Of a stretch of 64,000 nucleotides of DNA, positions 49,442 to 62,654 are shown piece by piece. The stretch is taken from the NCBI RefSeq assembly GCF_003019035.1, contig NZ_CP027447.1; one strand, given 5' to 3'. The position numbers were made by a program, and so were the translations under genes. Numbering within the stretch: position 1 is the first letter of the stretch; every line of letters begins with the position of its first letter. The stretch is from Escherichia coli (GTDB taxonomy: Bacteria; Pseudomonadota; Gammaproteobacteria; Enterobacterales; Enterobacteriaceae). The notes beneath the pieces were generated by a model. The model did no database searches, was not told where the DNA came from, and saw only the letters and a program-made list of their open reading frames with translations.

Positions 49442-50662
49442 TTAATCTTTCAGCTTACGCATTACCAGCGTGGCGTTGGTGCCGCCGAAGCCGAAGCTGT
49501 TAGACATAACGGTAGTCAGTTCGCGATCGGTCGTTTCGGTCACAATGTTCAGACCCGCAGCCTGCTCGTCCAGCTCTTCAATGTTGATGCTCGGTGCGAT
49601 AAAGCCGTGTTCCAGCATCAGCAGAGAGTAGATAGCTTCCTGTACGCCAGCAGCGCCCAGAGAGTGACCGGTCATTGCTTTGGTTGCAGAAATCGCCGGG
49701 CTCTTATCGCCGAACACTTCACGGATAGCCGCCAGCTCTTTCACGTCGCCAACCGGAGTCGAAGTACCGTGGGAGTTCAGGTAGTCGATTGGGGTATCAA
49801 CACCGTGCATCGCCATCTTCATGCAGCGCACTGCACCTTCGCCAGACGGAGCAACCATGTCTGCGCCATCAGAGGTTGCGCCGTAGCCAACGATTTCAGC
49901 ATAGATGTGAGCACCACGCGCCAGCGCGTGTTCCAGCTCTTCAACCACTACCATACCGCCACCGCCAGCGATAACGAAACCGTCACGGTGAGCGTCGTAA
50001 GTACGGGAGGCTTTTTCCGGGGTGTCGTTGTATTTAGTAGACAGCGCACCCATCGCGTCGAATTCACAAGCCATTTCCCAGCACAATTCTTCGCCGCCAC
50101 CAGCAAACACGATGTCCTGTTTGCCCAGTTGGATCTGCTCTACTGCGTTACCGATACAGTGTGCGGAAGTCGCACACGCGGAGCTGATGGAGTAGTTAAC
50201 GCCGTGAATTTTAAACGGCGTGGCGAGGCAGGCAGAAACGCCGGATGCCATCGCTTTGGTGACCACATACGGGCCAACCGCTTTCAGGCCGCGCGGGCCG
50301 CGCATTGCGTCAGCGCCGAAAACCTGGAAACGCGGGGAGCCGCCGCCGGAACCTGCAATCAGGCCAACGCGCGGGTTATTCTGGTAAGCTTCCGGGGAGA
50401 GGCCAGCATCTGCAATTGCCTGCTCCATAGAAAGGAATGCATAAATGGATGCGTCGCTCATAAAGCGCACAACTTTGCGGTCAATGAGGCCAGTGGTATC
50501 CAGTTTTACGTTGCCCCAGACGTGGCTACGCATGCCGGAATCCTTCAGCTCCTGAGAGAAAGTGATCCCTGAACGTCCTTCACGCAGAGATGCCAGGACT
50601 TCCTGCTGGTTATTACCGATGCTGGAAACAATGCCCAGGCCAGTAATCACTGCACGTTTCAT
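49442..50662 (-). CDS. fabB: 3-oxoacyl-ACP synthase I
   Basis: 406 aa, condensing-enzyme Cys-His-His architecture; matches remembered FabB. Confidence 0.95.
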
Positions 50663-50754
50663 TCAATACCTCTGTAAGTCGCACATAGAGTAAGTTTCGC
50701 ATGCACAATAGCGTACACTTGTACGCCGAACAAGTCCGATCAGCCAATTAATAG

Positions 50755-52827
<2,073 letters not shown>

Positions 52828-52845
52828 TCTGCTCTGGCATTGCTT

Positions 52846-52875
52846 GCCGGATATGGCGTGAACGCCGCATCCGGC
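52846..52875. repeat. REP-like palindrome
   Basis: GCCGGATATGGCGTGAACGCCGCATCCGGC. Confidence 0.4.
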
Positions 52876-52882
52876 ACATTAC

Positions 52883-53161
52883 TTACTGCTGTGACGCCTG
52901 CTGAAACAGGTGTTCCCACATATCGGTCACCAGCGCCTGGTCACGCGGCGACAATTCACCGGCACCAATGGCTTTTTCCAGACTCTGGCTAACGGTTGTA
53001 TGTACCGCCTGAGCGGAGTGGTCGTCACCACTTTCCAGTTCTGCGATGGCTAATGTCAGGTGGCCACGCAAATACCCACTGGCAAACAACTCATCATCAC
53101 TGGCATGGTCAACCATACCGTCGATTAATGCCAGAATGCGTGATTCAAACTCCGCGATCAT
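52883..53161 (-). CDS. yfcL: YfcL (DUF1493-type small protein)
   Basis: 92-aa ORF at conserved position. Confidence 0.8.
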   Translation of the reverse strand: MIAEFESRILALIDGMVDHASDDELFASGYLRGHLTLAIAELESGDDHSAQAVHTTVSQSLEKAIGAGELSPRDQALVTDMWEHLFQQASQQ

Positions 53162-53194
53162 CTTCTTTCCTCATTGTAAAACGTGGCGCTGGCT

Positions 53195-53743
53195 TCAGTT
53201 GAGCGCTTCCGGCCACGGGAACTGTTCCGCCGTAAGTTCCGGCGTGTGATAATAATTTTGTAGTGCTTTAATGAAGCGTGCCGGACGTTCGGGAATGCCG
53301 TTTGCCAGATAATCCATCACCTGCGCATGTACCCGCCGTTGAAATACCACGCGGTCCGGTTCGAAATCCCCTTCCAGATTGTCGCAGCTAACATTAAACG
53401 GATATCCCGCCGCCACGCAGAACAACCAGTCCAGCGCCTGCGGCTTCACTTCAACATCTTCAAACTGGCTTTGCGTTTGGGCATCGCGTCCGTCGGGACA
53501 ATACCAGTAGCCGAAATCAACCAGCTCACGGCGCGCTTTCCCGGCAATACACCAGTGCGAAATCTCATGAATTGCGCTGGCATAAAAGCCATGAGCAAAG
53601 ACGATTCGGTTATACGGTACTTCCGCATCAGCAGGAAGATAGATCGGTTCGTCGTCGCCTTTAATCAGACGGGTATTAAAATCATCGGCAAAGCAGCTAT
53701 TAAAAATTTCAATCAACTGCTCATAGTGGTGTGTACTGTTCAT
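53195..53743 (-). CDS. epmC: Elongation factor P hydroxylase
   Basis: 182-aa ORF with His-rich metal-binding motifs (HGFYASAIHEISHW); conserved position. Confidence 0.85.
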   Translation of the reverse strand: MNSTHHYEQLIEIFNSCFADDFNTRLIKGDDEPIYLPADAEVPYNRIVFAHGFYASAIHEISHWCIAGKARRELVDFGYWYCPDGRDAQTQSQFEDVEVKPQALDWLFCVAAGYPFNVSCDNLEGDFEPDRVVFQRRVHAQVMDYLANGIPERPARFIKALQNYYHTPELTAEQFPWPEALN

Positions 53744-54552
53744 TAGTTCATCCCCAACCAGTGGAGGATCTCCTGTCCATGGCTATCGTAAAGTAATTTG
53801 GCACTCATCACCGCCGAGACGATAACGATCATCGGGCGGATCAGCTTTTGTCCTTTGCTCAACACCAGTCTTGACCCCATGCGCGCGCCGAGGAACTGCC
53901 CCACCAGCATCACAAATCCTGTCGCCCAAATCACTTTGCCGCCGAGAATAAACAGCAGCAAACCACCGATGTTTGACGTTGCGTTGAGTAATTTGGCGTG
54001 GGCCGTGGCTTTGGCGAGGTTGAATCCGCACAGCGTAACAAAGGCCAGCGCGTAAAACGACCCAGCAGCCGGGCCAAAGAATCCATCGTAAAAACCGACG
54101 CAGCCCCCCGCCACCAGCGCAAATGGCAGTCCATACATCCGGCGCTGGCGATCTTCTTCTCCCAGTTTTGGCATCAGCAAAAAATAGAGGCCGATACAAA
54201 TCACCAGGATCGGTAAAATCTGCCGTAAGACATCGGCCTGAACATACTGCACCAACAGCGCGCCGCTCATTGAGCCGACAAAGGTCATGGCGATATTGAG
54301 TTTCTGATCGCTTAAGCTAACCACTTTGCGCCGAATAAAGTAGATAGTGGCGGAAATAGAGCCGCCGCAGGCTTGCAGTTTATTAGTTGCCAGCGCGTTA
54401 GCCGGAGACATCCCCGCCGCCATCAATGCCGGAATGGTGAGTAACCCACCGCCACCGGCAATCGAGTCGATAAATCCCGCCAGCATGGCGACAAAAAAGA
54501 GAACTCCCAGCAACAGCGGGGAAACCATAAACAGGCTATTAAACGTTTCCAT
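53743..54552 (-). CDS. yfcA: TauE/SafE-family membrane protein YfcA
   Basis: 269 aa, multi-TM, Gly-rich. Confidence 0.85.
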   Translation of the reverse strand: METFNSLFMVSPLLLGVLFFVAMLAGFIDSIAGGGGLLTIPALMAAGMSPANALATNKLQACGGSISATIYFIRRKVVSLSDQKLNIAMTFVGSMSGALLVQYVQADVLRQILPILVICIGLYFLLMPKLGEEDRQRRMYGLPFALVAGGCVGFYDGFFGPAAGSFYALAFVTLCGFNLAKATAHAKLLNATSNIGGLLLFILGGKVIWATGFVMLVGQFLGARMGSRLVLSKGQKLIRPMIVIVSAVMSAKLLYDSHGQEILHWLGMN

Positions 54553-55376
54553 TAGATCACGTGCTCATCCAGTAGCGCCTGGCAGGAAGGCGGCAACGGA
54601 GGCGGTGTCTTCTTCTCAGGCTTTGTTGTTCCCGGTTTTGGTGGTTCAAACCAGCTTTGCAGTTCTGCCCCGCAACCATCGCCTGGTGGTGGTAAAGGTT
54701 GATCTTCACACTCCAGACTATCGGCAGGACAACGTAATCGTACATGCATATGCGCGCGATGCTGGAACCAGGGTCGCACTTTACGTAACCAGTCGCGATC
54801 GGTGCCCGCATCAAGGCAAAGTTGTTGTTTAATCGCCGGATTAACAAAAATGCGCGTGACGTCTTTGTCCTGGGCGGCGAGTTTGATCAAGCTGAAAATT
54901 TCTGGCTTCCACAGCGCGGGGACAACGTGTTTACCGTCGCGGGATACTAAGTCCAGTGCTTGCGGGCGCAAGAGTTGCGCGGAGGTCCAGCGTGTTTTCG
55001 GCAGTTGCAGGAAGATATCGACATCCAGCCCGGTCTGGTGGCTGGCGTGACCGCCGTTGAAACGACCACCAGCGGGCATCCCCATATCGCCAATCAGCAC
55101 CGTACCCATGCCCAGATTGCCCACCTGGCGACTCAGACGCTGGATAAACATCACCAGATCCGGGTGCCCGAAATAGCGACGCTGATCGGTACGCATGACC
55201 TGATAATGCTCGGACTGTATCGGCAGCGTGTCAGCGCCGACGATACAACCATTGGAAAAGCTGCCTATCGATTGTGCGCTACCCGGCACAGGTTGGGTTA
55301 TTTTTTGCCACGGCGTCGCTGCCAGGCTGGCACTACTGGCAAGCAGGGCCAGCAGCGCAATCGCGGTTTTGTTCAT
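54552..55376 (-). CDS. mepA: Penicillin-insensitive murein DD-endopeptidase
   Basis: 274 aa, signal peptide, His/Asp zinc-peptidase motifs. Confidence 0.9.
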   Translation of the reverse strand: MNKTAIALLALLASSASLAATPWQKITQPVPGSAQSIGSFSNGCIVGADTLPIQSEHYQVMRTDQRRYFGHPDLVMFIQRLSRQVGNLGMGTVLIGDMGMPAGGRFNGGHASHQTGLDVDIFLQLPKTRWTSAQLLRPQALDLVSRDGKHVVPALWKPEIFSLIKLAAQDKDVTRIFVNPAIKQQLCLDAGTDRDWLRKVRPWFQHRAHMHVRLRCPADSLECEDQPLPPPGDGCGAELQSWFEPPKPGTTKPEKKTPPPLPPSCQALLDEHVI

Positions 55377-55379
55377 TTT

Positions 55380-56465
55380 TTACCAGCGTGGAATATCAGT
55401 CTTCACATCGGCATTTTGCGCCCGTTGCCGTAACAGGTGATCCATTAAAACGATCGCTAGCATCGCTTCCGCGATCGGCACCGCGCGGATCCCAACACAA
55501 GGATCGTGACGACCTTTGGTGATCATCTCAACTTCTTCGCCAAAGCGGTTAATGGTGCGCCCCGGCACGGTAATACTGGAGGTTGGCTTCAGCGCCATAT
55601 GGGCAATGATTTGCTGCCCGCTGCTGATACCGCCAAGAATGCCGCCCGCATGGTTGCTCTGGAATCCGTCTTTGGTGATTTCGTCGCGGTTCTGGCTGCC
55701 ACGCAGCGCTACCACGTCAAAACCATCACCAATTTCTACGCCTTTCACCGCGTTGATGCTCATCAGCGCATGGGCGATGTCGGCATCCAGGCGATCAAAG
55801 ACCGGCTCGCCAAGTCCGGCGGGGACGCCACTGGCAACAACGGTGACTTTCGCGCCGATGGAGTCGCCCTCTTTTTTCAGCGCGCGCATCAGTTCATCTA
55901 ACGCGTCGATTTTGTCCGGGTCCGGGCAGAAAAACGGATTTTGCTCGACCTGCGACCAGTCTTTGATTTCCAGCGGAATGTCACCCATCTGGGTCAGGCA
56001 GCCGCGGATTTCAATACCAAATTTCTCGGCGAGATATTTTTTGGCAATCGCCCCTGCCGCCACGCGCATGGCGGTTTCTCGGGCGGAAGAGCGCCCGCCG
56101 CCGCGATAATCGCGCAGGCCGTATTTTTGTTCGTAAGTGTAATCGGCATGACCTGGACGGAAAACGTCCTTAATCGCACTATAATCCTGAGAACGCTGGT
56201 CGGTATTTTCGATCAACAAACCGATGCTGGTGCCGGTAGTAACACCTTCAAAAACACCGGAGAGAATTTTGACCTGATCCGGCTCACGGCGCTGGGTGGT
56301 ATAGCGCGATGTCCCAGGGCGACGACGATCAAGGTCATGTTGCAGGTCCGCTTCCGTCAGCGGAATGCCTGGCGGAACACCATCGACGATGCAGCCGAGC
56401 GCCAGCCCGTGCGATTCGCCGAAGGTGGTTACGCGAAAGAGTTGTCCAATTGTGTTTCCAGCCAT
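55380..56465 (-). CDS. aroC: Chorismate synthase
   Basis: start [20 protein letters not shown], canonical chorismate synthase N-terminus. Confidence 0.95.
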   Translation of the reverse strand: MAGNTIGQLFRVTTFGESHGLALGCIVDGVPPGIPLTEADLQHDLDRRRPGTSRYTTQRREPDQVKILSGVFEGVTTGTSIGLLIENTDQRSQDYSAIKDVFRPGHADYTYEQKYGLRDYRGGGRSSARETAMRVAAGAIAKKYLAEKFGIEIRGCLTQMGDIPLEIKDWSQVEQNPFFCPDPDKIDALDELMRALKKEGDSIGAKVTVVASGVPAGLGEPVFDRLDADIAHALMSINAVKGVEIGDGFDVVALRGSQNRDEITKDGFQSNHAGGILGGISSGQQIIAHMALKPTSSITVPGRTINRFGEEVEMITKGRHDPCVGIRAVPIAEAMLAIVLMDHLLRQRAQNADVKTDIPRW

Positions 56466-56499
56466 CACGGCTCCGTTATTGTTGTGTTTGCGTGTTTAC

Positions 56500-57432
56500 T
56501 TAATCTTTATAAATCGCGAAATGTTCACGGGCCGCCAGCAGCTGCTCTTTGGTGAGCATAAACACACCATCGCCGCCGTTATCAAACTCCAGCCAGGTGA
56601 ACGGAACATTCGGATATTGTTCCATAAGATGTACCATGCTGTTGCCCACTTCACAAATCAGTACGCCGTCATCCGCAAGGTAATCAGCCGCATTACCGAG
56701 AATGCGACGCGTCAGTTTCAGGCCGTCGGTGCCAGACGCCAGACCCAGTTCCGGCTCGTGGCGGTATTCGTTTGGCAGGTCGGACATATCTTCCGCATCG
56801 ACATACGGCGGGTTAGTGACAATCAGGTCGTACTGCACTTTCGGCAAGTCGCGGAACAGATCGGACCGAATAGGAATGACGTTGTGGATCAGACCGTGTT
56901 CTTCGATATTCTGTTCGGCAACCGCCAGCGCGTCGGGAGAGATATCTACCGCGTCGACTTCTGCATCCGGGAAGGCATAAGCACAGGCAATCGCAATGCA
57001 GCCGCTACCGGTACACATATCTAAAATATGCTGCGGTTGCTTGCTGATGAGTCCGGCAAATTTATTGTTGATCAGTTCACCAATCGGCGAGCGCGGCACC
57101 AGCACGCGTTCATCGACGTAAAATTCATGGCCGCAGAACCAGGCTTTGTTGGTCAGGTAAGCCACCGGAATGCGTTCGTTGACGCGGCGGATCACGCGCT
57201 CAACAATACGGTGTTTTTCGCTGGAGGTCAGACGCGCGGTGCGCATGTCTTCTGGGATATCCAGCGGCAGGTAGAGCGAAGGCAACACCAGTTGCACGGC
57301 TTCATCCCACGGATTATCGGTGCCGTGACCATACCAGATATTTGCCGCGCTGAAGCGGCTCACCGACCAGCGCAACATGTCCTGAATGGTTTGCAGCTCA
57401 TTTACTGCTTCATCAACGAAAATTTTATCCAC
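56500..57432 (-). CDS. prmB: Ribosomal protein uL3 glutamine methyltransferase
   Basis: NPPY motif (VTNPPYV); GTG start at 57432 ([13 protein letters not shown]) rather than the extended ORF. Confidence 0.9.
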   Translation of the reverse strand: MDKIFVDEAVNELQTIQDMLRWSVSRFSAANIWYGHGTDNPWDEAVQLVLPSLYLPLDIPEDMRTARLTSSEKHRIVERVIRRVNERIPVAYLTNKAWFCGHEFYVDERVLVPRSPIGELINNKFAGLISKQPQHILDMCTGSGCIAIACAYAFPDAEVDAVDISPDALAVAEQNIEEHGLIHNVIPIRSDLFRDLPKVQYDLIVTNPPYVDAEDMSDLPNEYRHEPELGLASGTDGLKLTRRILGNAADYLADDGVLICEVGNSMVHLMEQYPNVPFTWLEFDNGGDGVFMLTKEQLLAAREHFAIYKD

Positions 57433-57597
57433 GTATTCCTCCAGGGCATGATCGCAATAATTTCGGCGGCTAGTTTGCCATGAAGATGACGATAAATCAG
57501 CATTCACACGCGGTGAGTGAGGAAAAATACGTTTTAAGCGATCGATTGTACGGTGAGTCGGGTAAACTGTAGGAAAATTAGAAATAGAGACAGTTAA

Positions 57598-58149
57598 ATG
57601 AAAAAGAAAACAACACTTAGCGAGGAGGACCAGGCGCTGTTTCGCCAGTTGATGGCGGGGACTCGCAAGATTAAGCAGGACACGATTGTCCACCGACCGC
57701 AGCGTAAAAAAATCAGCGAAGTGCCGGTCAAGCGGTTGATTCAGGAGCAGGCCGATGCCAGCCATTATTTCTCTGACGAGTTTCAACCATTATTAAATAC
57801 CGAAGGTCCGGTGAAATATGTTCGCCCGGATGTCAGCCATTTTGAAGCGAAGAAACTGCGGCGCGGTGATTATTCACCGGAGCTGTTTTTGGATTTGCAC
57901 GGTTTGACGCAGCTGCAAGCCAAGCAGGAGTTAGGCGCATTGATTGCCGCCTGCCGCCGCGAACATGTGTTTTGCGCCTGTGTGATGCATGGTCATGGTA
58001 AGCATATTTTGAAGCAGCAAACGCCGCTGTGGCTGGCGCAACATCCCCATGTAATGGCATTTCATCAGGCACCGAAAGAGTACGGTGGTGATGCGGCATT
58101 GCTGGTGTTGATTGAAGTGGATGAATGGCTGCCGCCGGAATTGCCCTGA
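57598..58149 (+). CDS. smrB: Ribosome rescue endonuclease SmrB (Smr domain)
   Basis: 183 aa, C-terminal Smr domain ([15 protein letters not shown]). Confidence 0.9.
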
Positions 58150-58234
58150 CATCATGACGGGCATACGCTTTCACTGACAGACGTCGACGGTTAAGTGTAA
58201 GATTATCCAAACAGAACTCAACGCAGGGCACTCA

Positions 58235-59593
58235 ATGATGAATATCCGCACGCTTAAGCTCACTAATCTGGGGCGGTTTGAAGAACTTGACGTTCATCTG
58301 GCTCCAGTGGAGGAGTTCAAGAGCAATGTGACCGTTTTTATTGGTAATAATGGTGCAGGTAAAACATCAATATTAAAATCGTTGGCAACCAGCCTGAGTT
58401 GGTTCGTTGCCCGAGTTCGTACTGAAAAAGGTAACGGTAGCCCTATTCCTGAAGACGCTATTCTGAACGGTAGGAGTTCGGCGACAATTGAACTTCAGGT
58501 ACTGAATACGCATCCAGCGACGGAGGTCGCTACGCCCTACCGTTGGTTGCTTGCCAGAACGGCCAGTGGGAAAAAATCGACCACCGCCTCCAGCCTGCAA
58601 GAGGCCAGCCAATTGGCTGCGTTTTATCGAGATCAATACACCCAGAATAGCGGGGCATCCTTCCCGCTTATCGCCTTCTATCCCGTAGAACGTGTCGTGC
58701 TGGATGTGCCGTTGAAAATAAAAGAACGTCATAATTTTTTGCAACTGGATGGCTACGATAACGCCCTGAATCAGGGTATTGATTTCCGCCGTTTCTTTGA
58801 GTGGTTTCGCAATCGCGAAGATGCAGAAAATGAATCGGGCTTACCGCAAGACGTTCTGGATAAGCTCAGTACCAGGATAGATCTCGATAACGCCGTCTTA
58901 AATGCATTAACGGCAATCATGGCCTCGTCCCGGGATCGCCAGTTGACCGCCGTCAGAACGGCCATTAGTCGCTTTATGCCAGGGTTCAGCAACTTACGCG
59001 TCAGGCGTAAACCTCGCCTGCATATGTCGATAGATAAAAATGGCCAGACACTGAATGTGCTGCAATTATCGCAGGGTGAAAAATCACTGATGGCGTTAGT
59101 CGGCGATATTGCTCGCCGCCTGGCAATGATGAACCCGATGTTAGAAAACCCGCTAAACGGCGAGGGAATTGTATTAATTGATGAAGTGGACATGCACCTG
59201 CATCCAACATGGCAGCGTACAATCATCCAGCGTCTGACGACAACATTCCCACATTGCCAGTTTGTCTTAACAACCCACTCTCCTTTAGTGATCAGTGATT
59301 GCAAAGATGTGCTGGTTTATTCTCTGGATGATGGCGAATTAACGCAGCTCCCGTCTCTGTATGGGCAAGATGCGAATACTGTGCTTTTGAATGTGATGGA
59401 TACGGATATTCGCAATGCGACAGTGGCAGAAAAACTTAACGATCTTTTGGATCTGATTCAGAAAAACGACTTTATCAACGCTAACGCTCTTCTGAATACG
59501 CTAAGCCTGGAACTTCCTGAAAACCATCTTGAACTGGTGAAAGCCAGAATGCTTCTGCGCAAACAGGAAATTAAACATGCGCGAAATAACTAA
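58235..59593 (+). CDS. ABC-type (AAA_15/21-like) ATPase, PtuA-like
   Basis: Walker A GNNGAGKTS near N-terminus; Walker B LIDEVDMHLHP and H-loop TTHSP near C-terminus. Confidence 0.7.
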   Translation: MMNIRTLKLTNLGRFEELDVHLAPVEEFKSNVTVFIGNNGAGKTSILKSLATSLSWFVARVRTEKGNGSPIPEDAILNGRSSATIELQVLNTHPATEVATPYRWLLARTASGKKSTTASSLQEASQLAAFYRDQYTQNSGASFPLIAFYPVERVVLDVPLKIKERHNFLQLDGYDNALNQGIDFRRFFEWFRNREDAENESGLPQDVLDKLSTRIDLDNAVLNALTAIMASSRDRQLTAVRTAISRFMPGFSNLRVRRKPRLHMSIDKNGQTLNVLQLSQGEKSLMALVGDIARRLAMMNPMLENPLNGEGIVLIDEVDMHLHPTWQRTIIQRLTTTFPHCQFVLTTHSPLVISDCKDVLVYSLDDGELTQLPSLYGQDANTVLLNVMDTDIRNATVAEKLNDLLDLIQKNDFINANALLNTLSLELPENHLELVKARMLLRKQEIKHARNN

Positions 59594-60236
59594 AGGGCAA
59601 CCGCCGGCCAGTTTGCAACAGTGGGTGAGAGCAAAACCACGGGATAAAAATGCCAATCAGTGGTTTCAGGAACTTTATGCGCAAAAAAAATGGGATATCG
59701 TTGGCGATCTCAGCCAGCAGTGCGCTCAGGAGCAATTTTATCTCTGTGCTTATTGCTGCGATCGCGTGACAGGTACAAACCGCGATACCGTTAATGAACA
59801 TGTCGAAGCCAGGGATTTAGCCCCTGCTCGCAGTCTGGAATTCACCAATATCGTTGCAAGCTGCAAAACAAAAGGCCAGTGTGACGACTCGCATAAGAAC
59901 CAGCCATTGCTGTTAACGCCGCTTATGCCGGAATGTGAAACCGAGTTTATCTTCAAGATCAGTGGTCGAATTGAAGGGACGACGCCGAAAGCTATCGATG
60001 CGATTAAGGTACTCAACCTTGGCGATAGTGAACGTAATAATCGGGCATTGATTGAAAAACGTAAGCAGCTTTCCGACAGCCTTCTGTGGGCTAATGGCAT
60101 TGACCCTTCAGAGGGGCTTGAGGATGACGACCTGCTGCAAGCGGTTATCGACGAATTACTCACCCCCGTCGACGGTTATCTGGCACCTTTCGCTCCCGTG
60201 GTGGCGAATATTCTAAAAAACTGGATGACCGCATGA
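59577..60236 (+). CDS. HNH-family nuclease, PtuB-like
   Basis: CAYCCDR ... NEHVEA ... ASCKTKGQCDDSHKN fits the HNH Cys/His/Asn signature; overlaps the ATPase gene by 17 nt. Confidence 0.7.
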   Translation: MREITKGQPPASLQQWVRAKPRDKNANQWFQELYAQKKWDIVGDLSQQCAQEQFYLCAYCCDRVTGTNRDTVNEHVEARDLAPARSLEFTNIVASCKTKGQCDDSHKNQPLLLTPLMPECETEFIFKISGRIEGTTPKAIDAIKVLNLGDSERNNRALIEKRKQLSDSLLWANGIDPSEGLEDDDLLQAVIDELLTPVDGYLAPFAPVVANILKNWMTA

Positions 60237-60247
60237 CATAACGGACA

Positions 60248-60265
60248 ACGGGGCCAGATGGCCCC
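60248..60265. terminator. Hairpin between convergent HNH gene and yfcO
   Basis: CGGGGCC-AGAT-GGCCCCG GC-rich stem. Confidence 0.45.
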
Positions 60266-60284
60266 GCGTCGTGTGGTGTATGCG

Positions 60285-61130
60285 CTACAGTTCGTTGAGC
60301 GTGTACTGGAAGCGGCAAGTAGAATCAATCGGCTGCCTGCTGCTGGTATCCACCTGCACCACCATGTCGTGCAGTTGTTTGTCCGTAATGGGGTGCCGGT
60401 TGGGCGTAACCGTAACGCTTGAACTGTCGCAGCCGGAGGTGGAGAACGTGATCATCTCTGCCACAAAGCGGCAGTACGCACCGCGTTCATCCATCTGGCT
60501 GCCGTCGCAAAGCCTGCCGTTTTCCATCAGGAAGGTCGGGAGCGTTTTCTCAATTATGCCGCCCGTCGACTGTAATGACAGCACCTTCGTATACGAAATG
60601 TAATCCTCACTCCACGAAATATCATAGGTGGCCACTGAGACCGGGCAGGTCGAGTTACGCGCCTGCGGGCCGATATAGGGGCCCATTGTTTTTTCTAACG
60701 GCGCAGAACTCTCATTATACGTTGTGACCAGCCATGGGCAGCCATGCACGTCGGCATCATAATAAACGTCGATAGGCATATCGTAACAATCCCACTTGGT
60801 TTTATCCGATTGTTGATCATACTCAGCAAGCCCAGGACAGTTTGACAACGATGTTAAAACAAAATAATTCGAATATAAACTGGGCGGGGTATCACTCCCT
60901 GTCCAGCTAATATTTTCCAGATAACCCACTTGCAACGTGGTGGTGGAGTTCTTATACACACCATGCATAACACCGTCGGGGGTAAGAATATCAAGGTGGT
61001 ATCTGATTTGCGTATTGTAACTGGAAATGCCCGAAATCGTATGCAACGTGGCAATCTTTTTCGCCGCCTGCGCGCCCTCCCCCGCAAACATCAGCAGTAA
61101 CAAACAGGTTATCAAACGGAATATTTTCAT
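60285..61130 (-). CDS. yfcO: YfcO (DUF2544 fimbrial-cluster protein)
   Basis: signal peptide; last gene of the yfc fimbrial operon; start taken at MKIFRL. Confidence 0.7.
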   Translation of the reverse strand: MKIFRLITCLLLLMFAGEGAQAAKKIATLHTISGISSYNTQIRYHLDILTPDGVMHGVYKNSTTTLQVGYLENISWTGSDTPPSLYSNYFVLTSLSNCPGLAEYDQQSDKTKWDCYDMPIDVYYDADVHGCPWLVTTYNESSAPLEKTMGPYIGPQARNSTCPVSVATYDISWSEDYISYTKVLSLQSTGGIIEKTLPTFLMENGRLCDGSQMDERGAYCRFVAEMITFSTSGCDSSSVTVTPNRHPITDKQLHDMVVQVDTSSRQPIDSTCRFQYTLNEL

Positions 61131-61131
61131 A

Positions 61132-61662
61132 TCAAAGGTACTCAAACGTTGCGGTTAAAGAAGCGGTAAACTCACCCATCGTCACTTCCCGGCCGCTTTT
61201 CGCCTGGAGCCAGGCATTAAAATTCAGATTGTTATCACCGTTACTCAGCACAAAGGTCGCGCCGCTGGTGTTGTTAATCGGCACCGCCGTTCCGTCGGTT
61301 TTTTCCATCCCAATCCCCACGCCCTGCGCCCCAGAGGAGGCATCCAGCGCCAGAAAACCGGGCTGCTCGCTGTCTTCCGTACCGGTCAGCGTCACCCGGA
61401 CCTGATACTCGGCTGGCCCTTTACAATCTTTCAGCTGAAACACCACCGGCACCCGCGCCGACTGCCCGGTCACCATCAGGTCTTTACGGCTGATGGTGGG
61501 GAAATGCACCTCCGCCAGCGTTTCGCCCTGAATCACCAGCGTGCAGGACTTACTGAGTAAATTGCCGTAGAAATGCAGGTTGTCAGCCGCCTGTGTCGTG
61601 CCGCCGTACGCCAGCAGCGCCGCCAGCGCCGCGTAGCGGTAATGTGTGCGAGTCAGATTCAT
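61132..61662 (-). CDS. yfcP: Fimbrial-like protein YfcP
   Basis: 176 aa, signal peptide, pilin-like size, C-terminal beta-strand ending in aromatic residue. Confidence 0.75.
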   Translation of the reverse strand: MNLTRTHYRYAALAALLAYGGTTQAADNLHFYGNLLSKSCTLVIQGETLAEVHFPTISRKDLMVTGQSARVPVVFQLKDCKGPAEYQVRVTLTGTEDSEQPGFLALDASSGAQGVGIGMEKTDGTAVPINNTSGATFVLSNGDNNLNFNAWLQAKSGREVTMGEFTASLTATFEYL

Positions 61663-62138
61663 TGGTAATCCACCGTTAAGGTTGCCCAGGCAGAGAAGTT
61701 CCCTTCACTGAGCGCCGCGTCGCTGGCTTTTACCGGCACCGCGGTCAGCGTCGGCGGGCTCGCCGGGTCTATTTTCAACTGTTCGCCCACTTTAAACGGC
61801 TGGCCGTTTTGCTGAAGCTCAATCCCCAGGCCAGCGACGTCGGTTTCAATGGCGGCGTCATCGTAACTGGTCTGGTGACCCGTCCAGGTCAGGCTCATCT
61901 CCCAGGCGTCGTCGCGCACATCAGGATCGCAGGTGATGGTGTAAGGCACGTCCTGGCGGAAGTTGTCGCCGTTGATGTTGTCGATGATCACGTTGCTGAA
62001 CGCCACTTCAATGCTCTTACCGTCGCTGATGGTACAGGCGGGCGGCGAAACCAGCGTGCCGTGAAAAGTAACGTCGTTAACCGCGGCCTGCGACAGGCCA
62101 GCAAAACCGTAAAGTAAGCACCACGCGAGTCGTTTCAT
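61659..62138 (-). CDS. yfcQ: Fimbrial-like protein YfcQ
   Basis: 159 aa pilin-like with signal peptide. Confidence 0.75.
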   Translation of the reverse strand: MKRLAWCLLYGFAGLSQAAVNDVTFHGTLVSPPACTISDGKSIEVAFSNVIIDNINGDNFRQDVPYTITCDPDVRDDAWEMSLTWTGHQTSYDDAAIETDVAGLGIELQQNGQPFKVGEQLKIDPASPPTLTAVPVKASDAALSEGNFSAWATLTVDYQ

Positions 62139-62638
62139 TGGTAGTCCACCACCATGGTCATGGTCGCGTTAAACTCCGATGCCATCAGTTCCACACCGCT
62201 CTGCTTCACCGGAACAGCTTCGAAGTCTGGCTGAGTACTGGTTTTGAACGGCAGCCAGCTGCTGTTGCCCACGGCCACCAGCGAATGGTCGGTGGCATTC
62301 TGAATGCGAATGCCGAAGCCATCGATCCCGGTACTCAGTACCGTTTCACCATTAATTGTGGTGGTGGTGGCCTGAAGCTGCATTCGCAGGTCGTCGCTGA
62401 CGCTGTTTGAACAGTTCATGGTGTAGCCCACCGGCTGACGGTAGTTAGTGCCATTAATGCCTTTAATGACCACACTGCCGAACTCCACCGCGCTTCCCTG
62501 TATCGAGCAGGGCGGTGGCCCATCCACCAGCACGCGCAGCGTCAGGTTGACGATTTTGCCGCCCGCCATTGCCGGGGAAACGGTCGCGCCACAGGCCAGC
62601 AGTAGCGCGGCAGACCCGGCCAGAAAGAACGCTTTCAT
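62135..62638 (-). CDS. yfcR: Fimbrial-like protein YfcR
   Basis: pilin-like; start taken at MKAFFLAGSAALL. Confidence 0.75.
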   Translation of the reverse strand: MKAFFLAGSAALLLACGATVSPAMAGGKIVNLTLRVLVDGPPPCSIQGSAVEFGSVVIKGINGTNYRQPVGYTMNCSNSVSDDLRMQLQATTTTINGETVLSTGIDGFGIRIQNATDHSLVAVGNSSWLPFKTSTQPDFEAVPVKQSGVELMASEFNATMTMVVDYQ

Positions 62639-62654
62639 GTTGCTTCTCCCGTTA

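Noticed and set aside
49337-50572. 411-aa plus-strand ORF
   Set aside because: Antisense to fabB along its whole length
55516-56555. Plus-strand ORFs of 197 and 204 aa
   Set aside because: Antisense to aroC; no support
56500-57786. 428-aa extended ORF upstream of prmB
   Set aside because: The N-terminal 118 codons have no homology; canonical PrmB begins at a GTG at 57432
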